From an uncultured Pseudomonadota bacterium (GTDB lineage: Bacteria; Oederibacteriota; Muellerivitia; Muellerivitales; Muellerivitaceae): a DNA stretch of 64,000 nucleotides. The DNA lies in assembly GCA_963843375.1 (NCBI GenBank), contig CAWJKT010000004.1, forward strand, positions 256,001 to 320,000, in the 5' to 3' direction. Made by a program: the position numbers and the translations under genes. The notes under the pieces are model-generated. The model was not told the origin of the DNA. It was given only the letters and a program-made list of their open reading frames with translations, and ran no database searches. Of the stretch, positions 11,101-20,738 are shown piece by piece. How positions within the stretch are numbered: the stretch's first letter is position 1; the number at the start of each line of letters is the position of its first letter.

Positions 11101-14100
11101 GCCGTTAATCCCTCTGGTGTGGGGCCGGTCACCGAACAAGCCCTTCAAATCCCGCCTAACCCGCCGGGAACTCCTACGGTGACTTCATCCACCAGCGCCG
11201 TGACCCTCACTTGGACGGCCAACAGCGCCAGCCAGAACGTTTCCCAATACACCATCTACCGTTCCCAATTGCCCTCGGGAACACCCGTGGCCGTGGGGAC
11301 GGCTACCCCTGGAACCGCCACCAGTTTCACCGACATCGGCCCCTTGACCCAGGGCGTTAGCTATGTTTACGACCTGACGGCTACAAATCCTGGTGGGGGT
11401 GCGGGCATACCTGGCGGGGTCAGCCAGCCTTCCGCCTCTGTCACATGGGGTTTGTTGCCATTGGCTTCCACGGGCTTGGCGATTACGGGAATTACCCAGT
11501 CCAACAATATCTCCGTCACCTGGACCAACGTGACGACAGCCGACCCCAATGCCAGCGCCGTCTCGATTTTTGTCAATACTAACCACGCATCTCCCAACGG
11601 CGGAACCACTGTTAATATCACGCCAGTTTCAAGCCTGGGCGTTACCGATACGGGCTTCTTGAGCGGTGTCAGCGGGGAAGCGCCGGATACTTCCTATTAT
11701 TACTGGCTCCAGGTGACTGATCCATTTGGGGCGAGCGCCTACGAGGGCCCTGTCACTCAATTGACCTACCCCGGCGCCGTTAATCTGTCGCCGGTAACGC
11801 TGGCTTCGGACGGAGTTTCCCGAATTCTGGAATGGACCACCCTTCCCTCCGACGTGACTGGCTATACGGTCACCCAGGTAGGCGGAGGAGTTACCCTCAC
11901 CCAAGCTTATCCCGCTAGCGCTGCAGGAGCGCCGGTGACCCTGACCCTCGCCACCCAGCCGGGAGTGGCCTATATCTATACCGTTACGGCTACGAACGCC
12001 ACTGGCACGGGCCCGGCCTCTAATTCACAAACCTTCAGTTCACTCCCTTCCTCTCCGGTGAGTGTGACAGCGATTTCGGGCACGAGCAACACGGGAGTCA
12101 CCGTGGTCATTTCCTGGTCGGCCCCGGTTTCCGCTTCCCAAGAAGGGGTCACGGCTTATTCGGTTTACCGGGCCACGGCCTTGGCCGGACCCTACATGGC
12201 AGTGGTTTCGGGGCTCACAGCCCCTCTCACTTATGCCGATTCGGGCGCAGCTGTAACCGGGTTGGGCGTTTATTACTATATCGTCGTGTCGGATGACAAC
12301 ATGGGCCAACAGAGCCCGGTGACGTCTGTCGACGCTGTGCCGGTAACGGCCTTCGCCCTGCCCAACCCGCCTGGGACGCCGAACGACGTTCCCGCCAACA
12401 GTTCCGTTACTTTAACCTGGACCCCGGGTTCGGCCACCACCTATCCGGTTTCCATTTATGACATCAGCCGTGTAAACGCGGGGGTTACCACGGTCATACC
12501 AACCGCCGCAGTGACTTTCGACGACACTACCGTGCTGAATGGAATGACCTATGTCTACTTCCTCCAAACTGTGGATAGCCAGGGCAACCTGAGCCCCGCG
12601 ACCTTGCCCGTGACCGTGACGCCATTAAATACCCCCGGCCCTCCTCAAAACCTGGGCGTTGGGGTGGGGGATCAGGAACTATTATTGACATGGAAAGCGG
12701 GAACGGCTGGAACCCTGCCTATCGGCAGTTACCTCATCTATCCGATTACAATTACGGGCACGGGCCCGATGACCGCTTCCGCCCCGGTTTCCGTCAGTTC
12801 AACCTTGACGGGATATTTGGACACCGGATTAATGGATGGGGTCACTTATAGTTTTTACATGCAATCGGTCGATACGACCGGGGTCACCACGGGTTTGGAT
12901 ATCAGTCCTCCCTCGGCTTTGGTTTCGGGAGTTCCTGTTTCCCTTACCGCAAACCCCCCGAGCAATTTGGCCGCCACCGGGGGTGTCTCCCAAGTAATTC
13001 TCTCCTGGACGGATTCAGTTACGGTAATTGGCGGAACCAATGTCACGGGTTACAACATTTACCGAAGCACCGCACCTAATTTCTCCAGTCCCACGACCTT
13101 GGCGTTCGTATCCGCTCCTGGAGGCGGTGTCACCGCCCAGGCCGTCACCGATACGGGCCTGATTAATGACACAACTTATTACTATTACATGACCGCCTCG
13201 GCCCCTGGAACGGTCAGCGCCGATAGCGCCACTGTGTTCGGTATTCCTGCGGTGCCGCCCGCGGCCCCAGCGACCTTGATCGTCACGGCCGGAAACCAGC
13301 AGGTTCTAATCGATTGGCCTCCATCCTCCCCGGTGGTCGGAGCCCTTCCCGTTTCTTTCTATATAGTCACCATCAACGGTGCTCCGGTTACGGTGCCCGC
13401 GACCCAAACTTGGTATTTGGATTCTGGCTTGACTAATCCGACTCCGGTCACGGTCACAATTCAGGCCATGGATTCTCTGGGGGTTACCACCGGAAACAAC
13501 GCCAGTACGATCGTAGGCCCTCTTTCGGCCACCACCAGCGGCTCGGACTTGAACCCTCCTAACGCCTTGACCGCAGCCGTCACGGGAACGAACTCCATCA
13601 AACTCACCTGGGGGCCCCCCAACGCCGATGGTTATCCCGTCACGGCCTATAACCTCTACCGCGCCACCACTTTCACCACCAGTTTCCTTAGCCCCTTAGC
13701 CACCCTTTCTAATAGTTCTCCTGTTACTTCCTATCTCGATACCAACCTCGCGGCCAATACCACCTACTATTACGTTCTTCAGGCAATGTATTCCTCCGGG
13801 CCCGGCGGGGCTGTCTCGTTGGAAAGCCCTTATTCTAATCACGCTGAAGCGACCACTCCCGCCCCGAGTGCGGCCGTGCCGCCGGTCACCCTGGGAGTGA
13901 TGGCCTTCGATGCCAATGTCTTGAAGCCCCTGACGGGCCAGCAACTAGGGATTTATTTCGTGGCTCCCGAAAGCGGGCCGGTGGAACTGGACATTTATAA
14001 TATTTCGGCCCATCCCATCCGGGCACTTTATGCCACGGCCATCGCAAACATAACTGTTAGTTTGACGTGGGACGGCAAGGACCGTGAGGGTAGTTGGGTC

Positions 14101-14175
14101 GCCTCCGGGGTTTACCTAATTGAAATCAAGGCCCCAGGTCTGCACCAGATCAAGAAAGTGCTGGTGGTTAAGTAA
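8156..14175 (+). CDS. ~2006-aa secreted fibronectin type III repeat protein with C-terminal FlgD-Ig/T9SS-like sorting domain; frameshifted at G7 10102-10108
   Basis: Signal peptide (..FPFQALA). ORFs 8156-10141 and 10030-14175 join if one G is added, giving YRGTSSGGESG. More than ten FN3 repeats (LxW..Y.IYR..Y.Y.V.A). C-terminus IYNISAHPIRAL..WDGKD..VASGVYLIEI..KKVLVVK. Confidence 0.85.
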
Positions 14176-16121
14176 TGATCGAAAAAGAAAGCCCTGAGTC
14201 CTTCTTTTTGAGCCCTCAGTTGCTAAGAATTTTCAATTTCAAAGTTCAAATTGAGAATTCCCTTCGCCGCCTAAATTCCGCCGTCAGTTCCTTCTTGCTC
14301 GCTTCCTGTTTGATATTGGGACTACAGGTGGCGGCACAGGCCCAACAGCTCACCAGTGGCGCGGATTTCCTTACCATCGACAGCGGCGCCCGCAGCGAGG
14401 GCATGGGCGAGGCTTTCACCGCAATGGCCGATGACGTGACGGCCCTCACCTGGAATCCGGCGGGCATTGCGCTTTTAAGCCGCCCCCAAGTGGGCTATCT
14501 CCACCTGCTTTACCTGAACAGTATCGGCTACAATTTCGGCGGGGTGGTAGTGCCCCTTCCCGCGGGCGAAGACACCTTCGGGCTCGGCGCAGGGCTGGTC
14601 AACCTGGGGACCGGCAGTTTCGACAGCACCTTGGGGCTGGCCCCGGCGGTTTCCGCTGGGGATAACGCCTTTTTGCTTTCCCTTGCTTACCGCGTGAAAA
14701 GGATTATTTCCTTCGGGGTGACGGCCAAGTACATCCAGGAAGAGCTAGCCGGGTACAACGCCTCCGCTTTCGCGGGCGACGCGGGCGTGCTTTTCACCCC
14801 CGGTGACCGGGTTAGAATCGGACTGGGAGTATTTGATTTCGGACAAGAAGTCCAGTTTATTTCCGCCGCTGATCCCCTTCCTTTCAGTGGCCGGTTGGGC
14901 TTGGCCTGGAAGATCCTTGACCTTCCCCGTCACACCCTGACGCTGTCCGCCGATAACGGTTGGGAATTTACCACCCAAACCTACACCGGCGCGGCGGGGG
15001 CTGAATATTGGTTCGACCGGATACTGGCTTTGCGGGCGGGGTTCACGGGCGACTCCTACCAACAGCATCCCACCGCCGGCGTGGGAATTAATGTGGACCC
15101 GGTTGAGTTCGATTACGCCTTTTCGCCCCAGGGCACCCTGGGCGACACCCACCGGTTTTCCCTTGTGCTGAGTTTCGGCAATGAGGCTGTGGAAGGATTG
15201 ATAGCGCCCACGGGCTTTAACGCCATTTCGTCGGATGGGTCCATCTCTCTTCATTGGAAGCCCGTTCCTTCCAACTTGGTCGTGGGTTATAACGTCTACG
15301 TCAAAAAGCCCAATACCGATAGCATGTTGCTGGTCACGAAAAGGCCCTTGGGCATCGGTGAATTATCGGTTCGGTTGAACCATCTAGTGAACGGACAAAC
15401 CTATACTTTTGGTTTGGCCTCGGTTAGCGCGGCGGGAAGCGAAAGCTCCCTGGTGACCCTGACGGCGGTGCCAAGCGCGGTGGTGGCGGCAGCGCCCTCA
15501 CCCACTCCCGTTTTCCCGGCACCCACCGGCTTCAAGGCGACCGCCACAGCGGAGGGTTTCAACCTGACTTGGGATAAAGCCCTCTCTTCCGACGTGACGG
15601 GTTTTTATCTTTACCTCGTCGGCGATCCCGGCACGCCGGTTAAAAAAATATCACCCACCCAGATCACGGATAATATCATCATCCTTAAAAAGGTGAATCC
15701 GGACAAAACCTACCAGTTCCTTTTAACCGCCGTGAACAAAGCCGAAACGGAGAGCGCGGCGGCGACCCTCACCGCGAATTTCACCGAATTGAAAAAGGCC
15801 CAACTGGCCGCCCAGTATCCTCCGCCCGCTCACTTAGCCCTTCTGGTGAATGCCGCTAAAGTCACCCTGAGCTGGAATAACGGAGGGGCGGGGATGAAAT
15901 ATAATGTTTACGTTTCCCACGATGGGGTTAGTTACAAGCTTTTGACCCCCACCGGCACCCTCAAGACTCAAGCTGTATTAGGTCCGCTGAAGCCCAGTAC
16001 CGTTTATTATTTTGGTGTTACCGCTTTGTATCCCGATGGTAAGGAAAGCGATAAGTCCCTTCAGCAATTAACCACGCCCGCTCCCGTCGCAAATGAGACC
16101 CCGACCCCCAATCCAGGTTGA
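14175..16121 (+). CDS. PorV/PorQ-like (UPF0164) outer-membrane beta-barrel fused to three FN3 domains
   Basis: GADFLTIDSGARSEGMGEAFTAMADD..ALTWNPAG N-terminal motif. The barrel ends FDYAF..LGDTHRFSL and is followed by three FN3 repeats. TAATG overlap with the upstream gene; the true start may be downstream. Confidence 0.85.
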   Translation: MIEKESPESFFLSPQLLRIFNFKVQIENSLRRLNSAVSSFLLASCLILGLQVAAQAQQLTSGADFLTIDSGARSEGMGEAFTAMADDVTALTWNPAGIALLSRPQVGYLHLLYLNSIGYNFGGVVVPLPAGEDTFGLGAGLVNLGTGSFDSTLGLAPAVSAGDNAFLLSLAYRVKRIISFGVTAKYIQEELAGYNASAFAGDAGVLFTPGDRVRIGLGVFDFGQEVQFISAADPLPFSGRLGLAWKILDLPRHTLTLSADNGWEFTTQTYTGAAGAEYWFDRILALRAGFTGDSYQQHPTAGVGINVDPVEFDYAFSPQGTLGDTHRFSLVLSFGNEAVEGLIAPTGFNAISSDGSISLHWKPVPSNLVVGYNVYVKKPNTDSMLLVTKRPLGIGELSVRLNHLVNGQTYTFGLASVSAAGSESSLVTLTAVPSAVVAAAPSPTPVFPAPTGFKATATAEGFNLTWDKALSSDVTGFYLYLVGDPGTPVKKISPTQITDNIIILKKVNPDKTYQFLLTAVNKAETESAAATLTANFTELKKAQLAAQYPPPAHLALLVNAAKVTLSWNNGGAGMKYNVYVSHDGVSYKLLTPTGTLKTQAVLGPLKPSTVYYFGVTALYPDGKESDKSLQQLTTPAPVANETPTPNPG

Positions 16122-16186
16122 AATCCTTTTTAAACAAGTAACCTTATTCTTTTTTAAATCCTAATATCAGTTACGGAGGTTTGACT

Positions 16187-16531
16187 ATGGAATCCAACGT
16201 CCCCGATAAACTATCGGATAGAAAGTGCAAGCCCTGCGAGGGAGGCACCCGACCTTTGAACCTGATCATGATCAAGGGCCACCTGGCCCAATTGCCGGGC
16301 TGGGAGTTGATGGAAGGGTGGATCGTGAAGACTTTCACCTTCAAAAACTACTACGAAACAATGGCTTTTGTGAATGCGGTGGCTTGGATCGCTCACCGGG
16401 AGGACCACCATCCCGACATGGAAGTGGGTTATAAAACCTGCAAAGTACGCTACATGACCCACGCTATCAAGGGTCTGTCGGAAAATGACTTTATCTGCGC
16501 CGCAAAAATCAACAAACTTTTGGAAAGCTAG
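16187..16531 (+). CDS. phhB: Pterin-4-alpha-carbinolamine dehydratase
   Basis: CKPC N-terminus, EDHHPD and TH..GLSENDFICAAKI motifs. RBS GGAGG at 16175. Confidence 0.93.
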   Translation: MESNVPDKLSDRKCKPCEGGTRPLNLIMIKGHLAQLPGWELMEGWIVKTFTFKNYYETMAFVNAVAWIAHREDHHPDMEVGYKTCKVRYMTHAIKGLSENDFICAAKINKLLES

Positions 16532-16554
16532 TTTAATTCTCACTGGAGGGAATT

Positions 16555-18420
16555 ATGGCGACCACAACGGATCCCGAACTATTGACTCTTCCAAAATTCC
16601 TGGAGAAATATCCCTGGCCGGCGGAATGGCTGAGGAAGGGCAAGCCTATGCATTTCTTCTGGAGGTTCGACCTGCCTGTTCCCGTAGAAAGGCTTTGGCC
16701 TTACATCGCCGACCTTTCGTCCTTCAACAAAAGGGTGGGTATGGGGGAAATGAAATTCACCGAGAAAAACGGCCGCCTCCAGGGTTTTGCGGTCAATGTT
16801 GGCACGAAGATGTATTGGGAAGAAGTTCCCTGGGAATGGGAATATGGGAAAGAGTTCAGTCATGCCCGCATTTACAGCAAGGGATTGCCGTATTACATGC
16901 GGGCCAGATACCTTTTTGAGGAGACCCAACCAGGAAAATGCCGTCTCTATGTTTATTTATCCTGGATTCCCCGGGGACCCGTGAGCCGCCTCTTGATCAA
17001 CATCGGTCTCAAGCAGATTAAAAAGGGCTACGAGAAGGCCTTAAAGGAAATTACCTCCGCCATTCAGCGACAAGAGGTTTTAAAGCCCCCAGCGGCACCC
17101 GTCAAGTTATCCGCGACAGTGGTAGAACAGTTGAAAAATATTCGCCAAAAACTTTTAGAAGGGGGAACCTCAACTGAATTGGCGGACCGGCTTGTGCGCT
17201 ACGTGGAAACCGAACCCGACGAAACTCTTTACCGCATCCGGGTGAAATCCCTGGCACGGGAATGGGGGGTGAAGGAAAAAGACCTGCTGTTGGTTTTCCT
17301 GGCCGCCACCCGCCTGGGGCTTTTTAACCTGACGTGGGACGTTCTTTGCCCCCATTGCCGGGGAGTCCGCAATGAGGCAAAAAACCTAGGAGACCTTCCC
17401 AAACGGGGAAACTGCGAAGTCTGCAAGATCGATTTCGACGCGACGTCCTTCAACGTGCTGGAGGTGACTTTCCATGTCCATAATTCCATTCGAACCGTGG
17501 AAAAAAGGGTCTATTGTGCGGCCGAACCCGGCACCAAGCCTCACATAAAGATGCAAAAAACCATCCGGCCCAAGGAAGAACTGGCCCTGAAAACTCTCCT
17601 CAGCTTGGGAAGATATCGCCTGCGGTTGCAAGGCATGGAGGTCTATAACCTGCTAGACATCATTGAAGACTCCTCCGCAAACCAGGTTTTGTGGCAGGAT
17701 TCCCTGGCCCAACAGAATTTCAAGAGCGCGCATTTTCCGACTATGGTTCTCCAAAACACCTCCCCTGAGGCGAAAACCTTCATCCTGGAAGAGAACAAGG
17801 CGGATCAGGATACCTTGCGGCCCGTAGACCTCTTCTCATTCCAGGGTTTCCGAGACCTTTTCTCACAGGAAGCCCTGGCCGCCGACATCAAATTGGAAAT
17901 CGGCGTCCAGACCATCCTTTTCACTGATCTAGTGGGTTCCACCAAGTTTTACGAGCAGGAAGGGGACACGGTGGCCTTCGCGGAGGTGCGGCAGCATTTC
18001 CTCAAAACTTATGAGGTGGTTAAGAACCATAACGGCGCAGTGGTGAAAACCATTGGGGACGCGGTAATGGCGGCCTTCGTGCGGCCTCTGGACGCCCTGC
18101 GGGCGGCGGTGGACCTACAGCGCTATTTCAACGGGAACAATCCGGAGTCCCGCTTGCGCCTGCGGGTGACCCTGAACAGCGGGTCCTGCCTGGCGGTGAA
18201 CTTGAACAGCAACATAGATTATTTCGGGAATACAGTGAATTTCGCGGCCAAGATCCAATCCATCGCCGACGCGGGACAAATCGGATTTACCGAAAGCGTC
18301 TTCAACGAAAATGAGATACTCCCCTACCTGAGGGAACAAAATCTGTCCTGCGAGAAGCTGGGTTTCGAAACCAAATGGGCCAAGCGGACTGTTCCGGTTT
18401 ATCGAGTGGAAGTGAAGTAG
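16555..18420 (+). CDS. Class III adenylate/guanylate cyclase with N-terminal SRPBCC-like and DUF5939-like (Zn-ribbon) regions
   Basis: FTDLVGST, VVKTIGDAVMA and DYFGNTVN catalytic motifs, a CPHC..CEVC pair, and no transmembrane helix. Confidence 0.88.
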   Translation: MATTTDPELLTLPKFLEKYPWPAEWLRKGKPMHFFWRFDLPVPVERLWPYIADLSSFNKRVGMGEMKFTEKNGRLQGFAVNVGTKMYWEEVPWEWEYGKEFSHARIYSKGLPYYMRARYLFEETQPGKCRLYVYLSWIPRGPVSRLLINIGLKQIKKGYEKALKEITSAIQRQEVLKPPAAPVKLSATVVEQLKNIRQKLLEGGTSTELADRLVRYVETEPDETLYRIRVKSLAREWGVKEKDLLLVFLAATRLGLFNLTWDVLCPHCRGVRNEAKNLGDLPKRGNCEVCKIDFDATSFNVLEVTFHVHNSIRTVEKRVYCAAEPGTKPHIKMQKTIRPKEELALKTLLSLGRYRLRLQGMEVYNLLDIIEDSSANQVLWQDSLAQQNFKSAHFPTMVLQNTSPEAKTFILEENKADQDTLRPVDLFSFQGFRDLFSQEALAADIKLEIGVQTILFTDLVGSTKFYEQEGDTVAFAEVRQHFLKTYEVVKNHNGAVVKTIGDAVMAAFVRPLDALRAAVDLQRYFNGNNPESRLRLRVTLNSGSCLAVNLNSNIDYFGNTVNFAAKIQSIADAGQIGFTESVFNENEILPYLREQNLSCEKLGFETKWAKRTVPVYRVEVK

Positions 18421-18421
18421 T

Positions 18422-19090
18422 TTATTTTTTTTTCGCTGATTTATTTGGAACGGTTTTGTCTTTAGAGCGGCCAAGTAAAAACTTCACCACCTGTACCGCC
18501 GAGGGTATCAAAGAAACCGCGACGATCCCCAAGATGACCAATTCGAAATTTTTCTGCACGATTTCCAAATTGCCGAAGAAATAACCCGAAAAAATACAAA
18601 TGGTGGTCCAAAGCAATACTCCCGTAAGGTTATATCGAAAAAATTTTCCATAAGTCATTTTGCCGACGCCGGCCACAAAGGGGGCAAAGGTGCGGAAAAT
18701 GGGCGCGAACTGGAACAAGATGAGAGTTTGGACGCCGTGGCGTTCGTAAATCTCGTGGGTCTTGTCCAGGTACTTGCGGTTGATCAGTTTTCCAAAGACA
18801 TTGGGGCCGAAAAACCGGCCGATCCAATAATTGCTGTGATCCCCTAGAAGAGCCGCAGCCGTGAGTAAGAGATAGGAAAAGGCGATGTTCAATTTGGCAG
18901 TCGCGCAAAGGGCTCCGACGGTGAAGAGCAGGGAATCCCCGGGCAGAACCGGCGTTACCACCAGCCCGGTTTCGCAAAAAATAACCCCGAAAAGGATGGC
19001 ATAAATCAGAGTCCCGTAACTTTGAACCAGATCGGGTAGATATCGATTCAAATGAAGTATGGAAGAAACCATTTGATGCAGGGAATCCAT
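18422..19090 (-). CDS. dedA: DedA family (VTT domain) membrane protein
   Basis: FCETGLVVTPVLPGDSLLF, LGD..NYWIGR and RTFAPFVAG motifs. Confidence 0.93.
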   Translation of the reverse strand: MDSLHQMVSSILHLNRYLPDLVQSYGTLIYAILFGVIFCETGLVVTPVLPGDSLLFTVGALCATAKLNIAFSYLLLTAAALLGDHSNYWIGRFFGPNVFGKLINRKYLDKTHEIYERHGVQTLILFQFAPIFRTFAPFVAGVGKMTYGKFFRYNLTGVLLWTTICIFSGYFFGNLEIVQKNFELVILGIVAVSLIPSAVQVVKFLLGRSKDKTVPNKSAKKK

Positions 19091-19173
19091 GTAAGTCCTT
19101 TTAAACGGGGATTAAAAACGCCGATAGTTTACCATAGAAAATCAGCTGTCATCCCTTCGCTATCATTTAATGG

Positions 19174-20667
19174 CTAAATCTTCGGGGTCGGGGGTTCGTC
19201 CGGTTTGGAACCCTCGGAAGCAGGCTCCGCTGGTTTTACAGAAACGGCCGTCGCCGGTTGTTTTTCCTCGGTGGGGTTAACGGAACCGGACTCCTCGCCA
19301 TTCCCATTGCCGTCGGATTTTCCATTCACCTTTGGCCTGGGTTTGTATTGGCGCTTGCGGGGGTAGAAAATCTTTTGGGTATCCTCGTCATAGGCAAAGA
19401 GGTTGCCGAACATCGCCCAATGGATAAAAGTTTCGAAGGTTTTCTCGAAATTCTCCGAAGGCAGATTGAAAATGATGATTTCTTGGACTAGATCCGCGTC
19501 CAACCGGGCCCGGGGATGTTTGGCCAGCATATCGTTGACCTGTTTGAAGAGCCTCAATTTCAAAAGCTGTTCCTTCCAAATGTTTTGCCTCTCCTGGGAG
19601 GTGGCTTTGATGAATCTTTGGCCTTCGGGGGTCAGAACCACGAGTCGTTTGGGGGTATCGACAAAATCCAACAACTCGGCGGACTTGACCACCTTGATGA
19701 CTTCACCAAACTCCCTCTCGGTTTCGGTGGCGATCTTGAAAACATCTTCCTTGCCTTCGCGGGCGTCCAGGTATTCCAAAATACCCACAATTTCGCTGGG
19801 CTTTGCGTCTGGAAGGGATTCGGCGGGAGGCAACTCGTTGGGTTGAAGGACAGGCTCCGGGGCATCGGGGATTTCATGGCCGGTGATGATTTCGTGCAGT
19901 TGATCCACCAACTTACTAAAATCGGGGGAGCGGTAGTCGCGCGGGCGCGGAAGTTTGTTTTCAACTACCTTGACGATATGCCCGGGATTGGTGCCCAAGA
20001 CCACGATACGGTCGGCCATGTAAACCACTTCTGGAATGTCGTGGCTGACCATCAGAATGGAGGAGGGATTCTTATCGTGGGCCGCCCAAATGTCGATGAC
20101 CTCCGCCCGTAGAGATTCAGCGGTTAGGGCGTCGACGTGGCTGAAAGGTTCGTCCATGAAAAGAATTTCCGGGTCCACCGAAAGGGCCCGGGCCATACCG
20201 ACCCTTTGTTTCATGCCGCCTGAAAGCTCCCGGGGATAGGTTTCCTCGAAGCCGGCTAAGCCTACCATTTGAATGGCCTTTTGGGCACGATCCTCGATTT
20301 CGTTGGCCGGAAAACCACGGGACTGGAGGGCGGTTTGGATGTTCTCGGCCACGGTCATCCAAGGGAATAGGGCAAAACTCTGAAAAACGATGCTGACGCC
20401 GGTGTTCAAGTCATGAAGGGGCTGATCATGATATAAAACCTCGCCTTTGGTAGGCGGGATCAGGCCGGCCAGGACGCGCAACAGGGTGGATTTGCCGCAG
20501 CCCGAGGGGCCAAGGAGGGCCACTACTTCCCTCTTATTTATACAAAGATTGATATTTTCCAACACTTTCAACTCTTTACCGTTGGGAAGCTTGAATTCCT
20601 GCGAGACATTTTTGACTTCGCTGAGTTTTAGATTTTCTTGGGCTTCCGTTTTTATATCCACCGCCAT
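19174..20667 (-). CDS. ABC transporter ATP-binding protein (nitrate/sulfonate/bicarbonate type) with AAA-associated C-terminal domain
   Basis: Walker A GPSGCGKST, signature LSGGMKQRV, Walker B ILFMDE, H-loop VSHD. ATG at 20667 follows GGGAGG. Confidence 0.92.
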   Translation of the reverse strand: MAVDIKTEAQENLKLSEVKNVSQEFKLPNGKELKVLENINLCINKREVVALLGPSGCGKSTLLRVLAGLIPPTKGEVLYHDQPLHDLNTGVSIVFQSFALFPWMTVAENIQTALQSRGFPANEIEDRAQKAIQMVGLAGFEETYPRELSGGMKQRVGMARALSVDPEILFMDEPFSHVDALTAESLRAEVIDIWAAHDKNPSSILMVSHDIPEVVYMADRIVVLGTNPGHIVKVVENKLPRPRDYRSPDFSKLVDQLHEIITGHEIPDAPEPVLQPNELPPAESLPDAKPSEIVGILEYLDAREGKEDVFKIATETEREFGEVIKVVKSAELLDFVDTPKRLVVLTPEGQRFIKATSQERQNIWKEQLLKLRLFKQVNDMLAKHPRARLDADLVQEIIIFNLPSENFEKTFETFIHWAMFGNLFAYDEDTQKIFYPRKRQYKPRPKVNGKSDGNGNGEESGSVNPTEEKQPATAVSVKPAEPASEGSKPDEPPTPKI

Positions 20668-20738
20668 AGTCGCCTCCCGCAAAAAATTTTTAGTTCTAAG
20701 TGTTTAGTTTTAAGTTAGGGTCTTTTAAACCTTTGGAA

